Assembly (NCBI GenBank): GCA_048885525.1
Contig: JBHLLP010000004.1
Span: forward strand, 1-64,000
DNA length: 64,000 nucleotides
DNA from: Candidatus Hermodarchaeota archaeon
Lineage (GTDB): Archaea; Asgardarchaeota; Lokiarchaeia; Sigyniarchaeales; SOKP01
Reading direction: 5' to 3'
The notes beneath the pieces were generated by a model. That model was not told the DNA's origin. It searched no databases and saw only the letters and a list, made by a program, of their open reading frames with translations. Shown here piece after piece: positions 20,244 to 29,348 of this stretch. Numbering within the stretch: the first letter of the stretch is position 1; the number at the start of each line of letters is the position of its first letter. The position numbers were made by a program, and so were the translations under genes.

Positions 20244-21212
20244 TTGAATTGTCCCGCTTGTAATATTAAGATGGAACTCTTAGTAGAAGGAATTTTTCAA
20301 TGTCCTCAATGTAAAAAAATTGTTAAACAAAAAAACAAAGAAACAGAAACAATGGAAAAGAGGATAATTGAGGAAGGGAGTTTTCAAGAGGGTGATTATT
20401 TTCATAAAAATGCAAGTTTGAATAAACAATATGAAATCTGTGAAAAAGGAATTATGATCAATAAAACCGAAAACCGGTTATTTGCTACACTAATTTGCCA
20501 TAGTGCTTATCTAAAGGATGAAAAATATGTGAGATTATCTTGGTGGAAAAATTATCAACACGCAGGTATGTTCAAAATTTATGATAAATATGTTTTAAAT
20601 AATACGATTATAGCTTTGGAAAAGATTGATGACTCCTTTGATGATATGTGGAATTGGAGAGGAAAATATGGAAAACAAAAGCCTAAAACAATAGAAGATT
20701 TAGAAAGAGAAAAGAATTTAGAGATTATAAAATATCGGATTCTTGAAAATCGAACATGTCCTAAATGTCAGAAGAAAATGGATAAAATGAAATCCCATTA
20801 TGAGTGCCAACATTGTGGAGAAATTGTAATATTAGAAGGATATAACCAACCAATTTTTAATATTTCACCTAAAGAACTCGATTTAAGTTTTCATACTAAT
20901 TTCCCAATAAACTTTTATTTGCCAGTCAGTGGAATAACACTTAAATGGTTGATGGGTGAGTGGAAAGCATTAGCAGTAATATATTCTAAAAATAATCCCA
21001 ATAAAAAATGGTTAAGATTCTATTGGTGGGTGCGTGATTTGAGTAATATTTTAAAATTTGGTCAGAGAGAAATGGGAAATGGCACTCAGATGGGTTGGAA
21101 AGCTCAGAAGGGTATCTCTTCTCCTAATCTGTATGATAAAAAGCTTGTTAAACCACTGGTTAATGCACTAAAAAATATTTCAAATGAATTAAATTGGATT
21201 ATAGATGAATAA
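20244..21212 (+). CDS. internally duplicated (Zn-ribbon + PC4/YdbC-like beta domain) x2 protein
   Basis: CPAC..CPQC...YVRLSWW...IYDK..ALEKI repeated as CPKC..CQHC...WLRFYWW...KGISSPNLYDK..ALKNI. Confidence 0.7.
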   Translation: MNCPACNIKMELLVEGIFQCPQCKKIVKQKNKETETMEKRIIEEGSFQEGDYFHKNASLNKQYEICEKGIMINKTENRLFATLICHSAYLKDEKYVRLSWWKNYQHAGMFKIYDKYVLNNTIIALEKIDDSFDDMWNWRGKYGKQKPKTIEDLEREKNLEIIKYRILENRTCPKCQKKMDKMKSHYECQHCGEIVILEGYNQPIFNISPKELDLSFHTNFPINFYLPVSGITLKWLMGEWKALAVIYSKNNPNKKWLRFYWWVRDLSNILKFGQREMGNGTQMGWKAQKGISSPNLYDKKLVKPLVNALKNISNELNWIIDE

Positions 21213-21237
21213 TATTTACTAAACAAATAGAATAAAT

Positions 21238-22377
21238 ATGACAGAAGCTCAAGATACAACATGGAAAGGAATATTAAATGAGTTTCAAAATGGAATTGAT
21301 AAAGCATTAGAAGAATTACAAAAAAGAGACGTAGAAAATATTCCAGGTGCTAAGGACGCTCTTATTCAAAGATTAAATAATATAAAGCTTCATTTCCCGA
21401 AAAATAATGGAGATCTTTTTATAAAATCCATTAATGATAAAATTCAAAATGCTTTTTTTCCGAACACCACACATTTTTCCGAAGCTTTTCAAAAGATTTT
21501 AAAATCAAGAACTCATGAACAAGATTTTATCATTAATGAATTGTTAAATGGATTTATAACATCTAAAGCTAAAGCTATTGCATCTGGAACTCAAGGACCA
21601 ATAATAGATAGAATGGTTGAGGCATTTAGCAAGAGAAATGACTTTCATATTGTCGATCATCAATTTTTTGCGATGTTTGGAGATCCAAATAAACCACGTC
21701 ATTATGTGAAAAAACAGCTTGAAGAACTTGTAAATATGTTTGGACTTGTATCCAAAGAGCTAGTAATTAAAAAGGATATAAGAAGAAGCGAAGAAAAAGT
21801 TTACATTTTTTATACATTCCCAGATGAAATTATTCAAATTCTTGAAGAGAAATATTTAGTTATTGATGAACAATTAGGATACGCTTATGTTTCAAATGAT
21901 TTTGATAGAAATGTATTTATTTGTATGTTTTTAGCAAATGTAGCAATTAATAGAGATAATATTGATAAAATTGGTGGTTCCTATACGATTAACGGAATTT
22001 GTGCCATATTTGCATTAATATTATTGCTTAGTTTTATGCCTAAATTAAGTGTTGATGAAACAAATCCTATTTTAAACGATCCCAATTTTAATGATAAAAA
22101 TATAAGTATTATCCCAAAATCTTGGATGATGAAACAGGTTTTAGAACCTTTATTTGAACCTCTCATTAAAATCATAGCATATAGGATAGGAGGAGGTTCA
22201 TGGTTATCTAAGATAATTGATTCAGAAATTAATAAAAAAATCCATAATCAAATAAGATTTCTTCTTAAAGATGTTAATAAGTGGATACTTGGAAATTTAT
22301 GCCGAGTGGAAATACCAATTTTCATTGAGATCTCTAACATCTTTACCGAAATTTTAATAGGTTATGAGGAAGAATAG
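21238..22377 (+). CDS. hypothetical protein with probable winged-helix domain
   Basis: RHYVKKQLEELVNMFGLVSKE...YIFYTF. Confidence 0.7.
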   Translation: MTEAQDTTWKGILNEFQNGIDKALEELQKRDVENIPGAKDALIQRLNNIKLHFPKNNGDLFIKSINDKIQNAFFPNTTHFSEAFQKILKSRTHEQDFIINELLNGFITSKAKAIASGTQGPIIDRMVEAFSKRNDFHIVDHQFFAMFGDPNKPRHYVKKQLEELVNMFGLVSKELVIKKDIRRSEEKVYIFYTFPDEIIQILEEKYLVIDEQLGYAYVSNDFDRNVFICMFLANVAINRDNIDKIGGSYTINGICAIFALILLLSFMPKLSVDETNPILNDPNFNDKNISIIPKSWMMKQVLEPLFEPLIKIIAYRIGGGSWLSKIIDSEINKKIHNQIRFLLKDVNKWILGNLCRVEIPIFIEISNIFTEILIGYEEE

Positions 22378-22403
22378 CATATCTAAAAATTGGAGGTATT
22401 ATA

Positions 22404-23702
22404 GTGAGTTATAAGAAAAAATCTACGAGAACGATAAAACCGGGGAGAAAAAGAGAGAAATGGACAGACATTTTACCAAGATATTTAACATTTATCAGTC
22501 ATATGCGTCCAATTCTTAGAGAAACAAGAAGAATTATTATCGATTTAGACGCAGATTTATTGTTAGATACAGAAATCTTGGATAAGATACGTCAAGAAGA
22601 AGAAAAAAGAAATATTCGTAAAGTGAGGGCACTTTCAGAATTTTCTGCTATGTATCGATCAAATGTTTATGATATTATTAAAGATTTTATTATTAAATAT
22701 CGAGAAAAGATTCCTATAATTGATATTAAGGATTATATTCTAGATTTTCTTCATGAATCCGTTGATGCTTTAAATATATTACGTCACATTACAAATCCCG
22801 ATGAACTTAATTTAGAGAATACTTACTTATATCAGTTAGTGAAATTTATTGAAAGTAAATTATTTCCAAGAGGAGCAAATCTTAAAATCATATATAATAA
22901 ATTGCTTCAAGAATCTATTGACTTTTATGAATGTCAACGTCATTTATTACAACCTCATACATTTTATAGAGAAAAATTAGAGAGTTTAGAATATTTTGAA
23001 ATTCCTAGTATATCTCCAAAGGTTTATCAAATTATTAACAATATAACCTCGTTTTATAACTTAGATCCTAACTTTGGAGAATATCCGGAGAAAAAAAATC
23101 ATGAGATTCCAATGATCTTAAAAAATGATGTCTTTTTGCCATATATCGATTCAATTGCGAATCCTGAAGAAGAAGCTATAGAAAAAATTGCTGAACGTAT
23201 AGGTTTACGCCTAATTGATGGAATATTTTTAGCACCCCAAGAAGATTTTGTAGAGCTATTATTAGAAAATAATTTTTTACGAGAAAATAAACAATCTGAT
23301 GGGACAATTAGATATTATCCTCAATTTAGTAATGAAACTTTGTTTTTATATTATTTAGCGTTTGCTTCCCAAAGACGAGGTTTTTTATCAAAAGAATTAA
23401 TTAATTGGATCGCAATGAACTTTTCTTTTTTGATATATATGGGTATCTTAAAGTGGAAATTATCAGACGAAAATATATTCTATGCAATCTTTAAAGATTT
23501 ACAAACAAATGAAAAAGTTCTTCCATATCTAATGAAACTTATATGCTTTCCAAATTATGTAGGATTAGATAAGATGAAAATTAGGGATTCAGTTCAATAT
23601 CGAAAAGAAATTTTCAATTTTATTGGATCCCAAATTGATAATCTTAAAGATTTTATTAATGAAATTGCAATATATTGTGAAACGTTTGAAAGTAAAAAAT
23701 AG
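22404..23702 (+). CDS. hypothetical protein with possible winged-helix segment
   Basis: GGAGG RBS before GTG; FVELLLENNFLRENKQSDGTIRYYP. Confidence 0.75.
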   Translation: MSYKKKSTRTIKPGRKREKWTDILPRYLTFISHMRPILRETRRIIIDLDADLLLDTEILDKIRQEEEKRNIRKVRALSEFSAMYRSNVYDIIKDFIIKYREKIPIIDIKDYILDFLHESVDALNILRHITNPDELNLENTYLYQLVKFIESKLFPRGANLKIIYNKLLQESIDFYECQRHLLQPHTFYREKLESLEYFEIPSISPKVYQIINNITSFYNLDPNFGEYPEKKNHEIPMILKNDVFLPYIDSIANPEEEAIEKIAERIGLRLIDGIFLAPQEDFVELLLENNFLRENKQSDGTIRYYPQFSNETLFLYYLAFASQRRGFLSKELINWIAMNFSFLIYMGILKWKLSDENIFYAIFKDLQTNEKVLPYLMKLICFPNYVGLDKMKIRDSVQYRKEIFNFIGSQIDNLKDFINEIAIYCETFESKK

Positions 23703-23737
23703 AGAATATTAAATTAAAAATAAATAATTGAGCAAAA

Positions 23738-24847
23738 ATGAGCAAACCTAGTAATAAAAATGAAGAAAATATTGTATTTGTTGATGATGTAATAAAAGAA
23801 CGACTCGGAAAATATGGAGCTGTCTACCTTCCCTCAGATATTAAAGAGACCGTAAACGATATCTTAGGAAATGAAAATAAAAAAGAAATATTAGATGATT
23901 TTTTTAATGCATTAAAAAAATATGATGAGTTCACTGAGTATTTAAAAAATACCAAATTGGCCCCTAATTTAACGGTACTTTTATATGGACCTCCCGGTAC
24001 TGGAAAAACTTCCCTAACAAGAGGTTTTGCAAAAAAACATAAAATACCAATTTGTATTGTAGAATCAGATAGACTCGTTTCACCGTTATTAGGTGATACT
24101 ATTAAAAATATTCGAGGAGTTGTTGAATTAGCAGCTGAAATTGCCAAAGAAAGAGGTGCTTTTATCTTGTTTTTTGATGAGATAGATGCTATAGGATCTG
24201 AAAGATCTAATATTCATGAAGTAGGAGAAATTAAACGAGCAGTTATCTCTTTCCTCCAAGTTATTGATAGAATAAATTATGAAGCTGTACCTCTAGCGAT
24301 ATTTGGGGCAACAAATCATCAACATCAGTTAGATTCGGCAATATGGCGCCGCTTTACATTTCATTTTAAATTTGACTTCCCAGATTTTCATCTGAGAAAA
24401 CAAATTATTGAATCATTCATGGAAAAACTTAAAAATGCAAAAATTGGAATTGATGATTTGATTTTTTCGAATTTGAATAATGAATATAAAGAAATTTTAG
24501 CATTATCAAAAGAATTAGAGAAAAAATTAGGACGCATTATTTCTGAATTTGATGACAATATTTTCTGGGAAGAATTTAGCAAAAAAAGTAAAGTAGAAGG
24601 ACTTTTAAGATTAACATATGGATATTCTGGTTCTGATATAGAAAGAGGGACGAGAGTTGCTTTATTGAAATCAATCAATACAGGAATTTTAACATATGAT
24701 CTTTTTTATAATTCAATCAAATTAGTTGGGGGTACTGCTACCCACGTTGAAAGACAAGATATCTTAAGTGAAACTAGGCAGCCAAGAGCATATATTAATA
24801 GAAATAAGGAAAATAGATCAAAATTAACTGGTCCTCCTGAAATATAA
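23738..24847 (+). CDS. AAA+ ATPase (single domain, IetA-like sub-branch)
   Basis: GPPGTGKT, FFDEID, EVGEIKRAV, ATNH..LDSAIWRRF. Confidence 0.92.
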   Translation: MSKPSNKNEENIVFVDDVIKERLGKYGAVYLPSDIKETVNDILGNENKKEILDDFFNALKKYDEFTEYLKNTKLAPNLTVLLYGPPGTGKTSLTRGFAKKHKIPICIVESDRLVSPLLGDTIKNIRGVVELAAEIAKERGAFILFFDEIDAIGSERSNIHEVGEIKRAVISFLQVIDRINYEAVPLAIFGATNHQHQLDSAIWRRFTFHFKFDFPDFHLRKQIIESFMEKLKNAKIGIDDLIFSNLNNEYKEILALSKELEKKLGRIISEFDDNIFWEEFSKKSKVEGLLRLTYGYSGSDIERGTRVALLKSINTGILTYDLFYNSIKLVGGTATHVERQDILSETRQPRAYINRNKENRSKLTGPPEI

Positions 24848-24880
24848 CCATTTTATTTAAAAATTTTTTTCTTTAAAATT

Positions 24881-25921
24881 ATGAGCAATAACAAATTATT
24901 TGATTTAGACAAAATAAAGAAATTAACTGATCCTATTGAAGAACTCCAAGTACAATTGAATCAGTTAACTGAAACATCTAAAAATGCCACAGAAAATATT
25001 AAGATTTTTGAAAGGGAATATGTTGATAGAAATTTCCAAGTTCAAATAGAAAATATCGAAGATTTGTTAGAAGAAATAACTAGCAAATTAAGTCATATAT
25101 CAAAAATTAATCTTAATAAATTTCTAGAATTAAAGGACCAGTTAATAGAAAAATATAAAGAAGGTTTTAAAGATAATTTAAAAAAATTGAACGTAAATCA
25201 AGAACTTACAAAATCTATAGGACTTGTTCTTATAGAAGATAAAAAAATTAGTAAAGTCATTGATTTTGTCTCTTTTATTCCTTCAATTCAGATCTCGCAA
25301 TGGTTAGATCTCCTAGATTCATTAAAACATAATACGCTTTTTCTAAAATCAGTAAAAAGATTTAAAAATTATTTTCAGGATTTAATACAAACAAGATTTA
25401 ATATAGAATTGAGTAAAATTCCTGAGGGTACAGATTCAAAATTAATAAAAGACTATGAGAGTTATTTCGAAAAGGATTCCACCTTAACATTCAGTGATTT
25501 CTTACGAAAAATTGAGAGTCAATTAACTCAACAAGACATAACTGAAAAAAAAAGTCTTATCAAAAGAGTTAGAGAGAGAGAAGAAATTGAAAAATTAAAA
25601 AAGAAACAAGAAGAACAAAAAGAAACTTATGAAAGTTATCTAAAACTCTCTGATAGAGAATTTAGGAGAATGAGACGGAAGAAAAGTAGAGAAAAATTAA
25701 CTGATATTTCTCTTGAATCAAAAGCAAAAAAAAATCTTAAGTTAAGTAATGAGGTTTCTGAAAAAATTGAAAAATTTAAATCTCAACTTGAAAAAAGTTT
25801 TAATGAAAAATATATGATTCAAAAAGATGAGGATAAAGATCCCCTTGATTTAATCAGAGAGAGAAAGAAAAGAAAAGAAAAAGAGTATAAACAATACAAG
25901 GACCATTTTGAAAATCCTTAG
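24881..25921 (+). CDS. coiled-coil protein with charged C-terminus
   Basis: Heptad-rich, K/E/R-rich tail. Confidence 0.75.
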   Translation: MSNNKLFDLDKIKKLTDPIEELQVQLNQLTETSKNATENIKIFEREYVDRNFQVQIENIEDLLEEITSKLSHISKINLNKFLELKDQLIEKYKEGFKDNLKKLNVNQELTKSIGLVLIEDKKISKVIDFVSFIPSIQISQWLDLLDSLKHNTLFLKSVKRFKNYFQDLIQTRFNIELSKIPEGTDSKLIKDYESYFEKDSTLTFSDFLRKIESQLTQQDITEKKSLIKRVREREEIEKLKKKQEEQKETYESYLKLSDREFRRMRRKKSREKLTDISLESKAKKNLKLSNEVSEKIEKFKSQLEKSFNEKYMIQKDEDKDPLDLIRERKKRKEKEYKQYKDHFENP

Positions 25922-25939
25922 CTTAGATAAAAAGAGGTA

Positions 25940-27559
25940 TTGAGTATTCCAATAAATAATTTTAAGGTATCCATTGGCTCACAAGAAATTCCAATAAAAG
26001 ATAGATTTACATTAATTAAGGGAAAAATTAAAAAGAATCTACTAAATGAATATAAAAATGATATTTACCTTGAAATATCTGAGAATTTTAATATAATTCC
26101 TATTGAAAAATTTATAGGGTTTTTACAGGAAGAATCTAAAGAATTTCATGACCTATTAAAATCTAAGAAAATACTAAATCTTATTCATGAATATCGTAAA
26201 AAAATTTCCAATAATATAATGATCTCTTCTCAATTTAATGAAATACTGCAAGATCTAATTACTATTCTCAGATTCAATCTACTTTTAAAAGAAAAAGAGT
26301 TTTTATTAAATGAATTAGAATTATCAGAAAAGTTTAAAAAATCAAGCGATATTACAGCTATTACAGATTTATTAAAAAAATTGAATGAATCTCTTAGTAT
26401 TAATAAAAAGAAATTACAATTTTTGGAAGAGGATTTTTTTCAACAAAAAAACCAAGTTGATCAGTTAAGAACAGCAATAAATGAATATGATTCAAGAATT
26501 CAAGAATTAACTAAACAAAAAAAAGAATGTTTTAGTCAAATTAATAGGATCACTCGAGAAATGACTGGAGATACTCTAGAACCATCAAGTGAATCATATA
26601 ATAATTTCACAGATTCTGGCGTCAAAATAACAAACGCAGAAAAAATAAGAAATTTTCAAAAAAAAGCTAAAGAGATACAGTTCAAAATTAATAAATATAA
26701 ATCAAAAAGAAGTCAAACTCAATTAATATTAGGAGAAAAAACCCCCATTTTTGAAATCTATGAAAAGGATTATCAAGCATTATTAGAGATGATCAATACT
26801 GAAGAAAAAAGATTAATTGAGTTAAAATCCGAGCTTAAAAATAAAATTAGAGATGAAGAAAATACATTCACTCACTCTATTGATTTAAACGATTTCAAAT
26901 CGATAAGACCGTTGCAAGAAATTAAACATGCTTTAGAACAAATAGATACTGAATTAAATAAGATAATAATTCCAGAAGAATACAATAATCCTCAGAATCC
27001 GAGTGATTTCTCTCTAATTGTTAAAAAACTAAAGAACTTAGATGAAAATATCAAAAATAATGAATCAGAAATTGTAATCAATATAAAAAAAAAAGAAATT
27101 TATAATATTTTCGAACAATTTAGAAAATTAGAGAAATATATTCACGGGATCGAATCAATTTTAAATAAATTTTTATTAGCTATTAACATCAACTCTCAAC
27201 CCAGAATTATAATTAATGATAACAATCAGAACTTTTTTATTGAAATAAAATTCATTAGAACTGATAATGAAAAAGTTGATTTTGATGGATTAACTACTCC
27301 CGAAAAAATTTTTTTCATGATTACTTTTTATCTCTCAATTAAACTTCAAATAAAAGAAGAATATATTATCTTTTCAAATTTATCTATTTTAAGCAAATAT
27401 AATAAAGCAGGGTCAATTTATAGAACAATTAGAAAAATTTTGCCAATATTTGAAATGGACAAAAGTTTATCAAGATTCAATTTAGTCTTTATTATCTCAA
27501 ATTTAGAATTAAAAAGAGAAATTAAAAATTTAAAAATCAATACTTTACAAGAAAGCTGA
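25940..27559 (+). CDS. SMC-like protein with degenerate ATPase motifs
   Basis: N-terminal INNFK..EI....FTLIKG (Walker A lost), long coiled coil, C-terminal FDGLTTPEK (for LSGGEK), IIFSNL (for hhDE), LVFIIS. Confidence 0.65.
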   Translation: MSIPINNFKVSIGSQEIPIKDRFTLIKGKIKKNLLNEYKNDIYLEISENFNIIPIEKFIGFLQEESKEFHDLLKSKKILNLIHEYRKKISNNIMISSQFNEILQDLITILRFNLLLKEKEFLLNELELSEKFKKSSDITAITDLLKKLNESLSINKKKLQFLEEDFFQQKNQVDQLRTAINEYDSRIQELTKQKKECFSQINRITREMTGDTLEPSSESYNNFTDSGVKITNAEKIRNFQKKAKEIQFKINKYKSKRSQTQLILGEKTPIFEIYEKDYQALLEMINTEEKRLIELKSELKNKIRDEENTFTHSIDLNDFKSIRPLQEIKHALEQIDTELNKIIIPEEYNNPQNPSDFSLIVKKLKNLDENIKNNESEIVINIKKKEIYNIFEQFRKLEKYIHGIESILNKFLLAININSQPRIIINDNNQNFFIEIKFIRTDNEKVDFDGLTTPEKIFFMITFYLSIKLQIKEEYIIFSNLSILSKYNKAGSIYRTIRKILPIFEMDKSLSRFNLVFIISNLELKREIKNLKINTLQES

Positions 27560-27564
27560 TTTTA

Positions 27565-28068
27565 ATGTCAATTGAAAATAGTAGTAATAATGAAGTTGTA
27601 AAAAATATTACAAGACTTATTTTAACAAATCCTCAAAAAATTATTAGAGAAGAAGATCTTAGAAATTTAAGCAAAAATTTCAGTTTTGAGCAAATTATGA
27701 GTGATGTTTATTTGAAATTAAGAAATGTAGGTTTTGAACTTATAAAAACCAAATTCATTGAACAAGATTTTTATATTTTAACTTCTGATGGTAAAGATGA
27801 TAATATAACGCCTTCACAATACGGAATTTTAGCTTTAATATTAGCTTTAGGTAAGGAAATTGATGAAAATATAAAAATTGATGATTTAAAAGAAATCTTT
27901 GCCGAATTATGGGATACAGATATTCAATTCCTAATTAATAATGATTATTTAAGAAGGTTTGATGAGTTAGGGCTAATTAAAGTCACACCTTTAGGGAAAG
28001 CAACAATGAAAAATATTATCAAAGAATTAGAATTAAAAAATCTACTTAATATCTTTGAAAACGACTGA
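27565..28068 (+). CDS. tandem winged-helix kite-like protein (NSE1/NSE3-MAGE/MksE-like)
   Basis: FEQIMSDVYLKLRNVGFEL...FYILTS; YGILALILAL; IQFLINNDYL...KVTPLG. Confidence 0.6.
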   Translation: MSIENSSNNEVVKNITRLILTNPQKIIREEDLRNLSKNFSFEQIMSDVYLKLRNVGFELIKTKFIEQDFYILTSDGKDDNITPSQYGILALILALGKEIDENIKIDDLKEIFAELWDTDIQFLINNDYLRRFDELGLIKVTPLGKATMKNIIKELELKNLLNIFEND

Positions 28069-28097
28069 AATATTAAATTTAAAAAAATAAAAAAGAG

Positions 28098-28526
28098 TTA
28101 TTCCTCAGGTGGGCTTTCTAAATCCATTTTAAATTGTTCAAATATTTTTTTAACGCGCTCTGCTGAAGGACCTGTCCCTCTTACTTCATTTTCGTCTACT
28201 ATAATTTTACCATTCAATATGGATATGATATTTTGGTCTTCAATATAATTTACATGCCCTTTTGAAAATATGGCTGCGATCCGTTCCGCAAGAGCAACCA
28301 TCGGAAACGGTTCTTCTTCTAAACTTACATAATTATAAAAATTACTTCTAATAAATAATTTTGGGAATGCCTTATTTTTTTCATTTTTCGCATTCACTAA
28401 AATTAGATTTGAATCCTCAGAAATTCCTTTTAATTGTCCAACAAAGAACTTATCTTTATCAAGATAGACTTTAACAATCTTATCAATTAATGTACCTAAT
28501 TCTGTATTATATTGCCTTATTGACAT
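28098..28526 (-). CDS. Lsm family protein with C-terminal domain (SmAP3 type)
   Basis: ELGTLIDKIVKV..FVGQLKGI..SNLILVNA; C-terminal VRGTGPSAERVKKIFE. Confidence 0.85.
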   Translation of the reverse strand: MSIRQYNTELGTLIDKIVKVYLDKDKFFVGQLKGISEDSNLILVNAKNEKNKAFPKLFIRSNFYNYVSLEEEPFPMVALAERIAAIFSKGHVNYIEDQNIISILNGKIIVDENEVRGTGPSAERVKKIFEQFKMDLESPPEE

Positions 28527-28590
28527 AATAAATCAGAACTTTCTTAGTTAATATTATAATTATTTTCTTTTGTTTTTATTCTTAATTTAA

Positions 28591-29247
28591 CTAATTTAAA
28601 ATACAATTTATAAGTTTGGAGATGTTTTCTCCGGTTTTAGCACTTGTAACGAAAATTTTAAGGTTTGGATTAATCTCTTTCGCATCTTTTACCATATCTT
28701 CAATTTTTACGTCTATTACATCTTTTAAATCGATTTTATTAATAATCGCTATATCAGAATATTTAAAAAGCATCGGATGCTTTCGAATAACCCATGGACC
28801 TTCTGTTATAGATACTATTATAATTCTTTTTTCAGCACCTAAAATAAAATCGGAGGGACAAATCAAATTCCCAACATTTTCTATAAAAAGAATGTCAACT
28901 TTACTTAAATCATGATTTTTTAAAATTTGAGAGATGTGATATGAATTAAGCGCACATTCCCTCCCTGTGTTGATTTGGATCGTTTGCACGCCATGTTTTT
29001 CAATTCTATCAGCATCGATTCTAGTAGTGACATCCCCATTAATAACAAGAATTTTATAATCTTTAGCTATTCTTTTTGCAATATTCTCAATTATTGCTGT
29101 TTTACCGGCTCCAATTGCCCCCACTATATCGAAAGCTCTGACATTTTTCTCTTTTAATATTTTTTTATTCTGTTCCGCTAATCTATCGTTATTTTCAATT
29201 AAATCTTCGTTTAATTCAATAATTAGTGAAACCTTTTTTTCAGACAT
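28591..29247 (-). CDS. hypB: hydrogenase nickel incorporation GTPase HypB
   Basis: GAIGAGKT, DADRI, QINTG, FIENVGNLICP, INKID, SAKTGE. Confidence 0.93.
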   Translation of the reverse strand: MSEKKVSLIIELNEDLIENNDRLAEQNKKILKEKNVRAFDIVGAIGAGKTAIIENIAKRIAKDYKILVINGDVTTRIDADRIEKHGVQTIQINTGRECALNSYHISQILKNHDLSKVDILFIENVGNLICPSDFILGAEKRIIIVSITEGPWVIRKHPMLFKYSDIAIINKIDLKDVIDVKIEDMVKDAKEINPNLKIFVTSAKTGENISKLINCILN

Positions 29248-29348
29248 TTTGATTAATAGGGCACTCTTTTGAATTTAAAAGAATATGGAAATAAGGAATT
29301 AATCCTTGATAATTTTTTTGGATTCGAAGGAAATATATAGAGAAGAAT

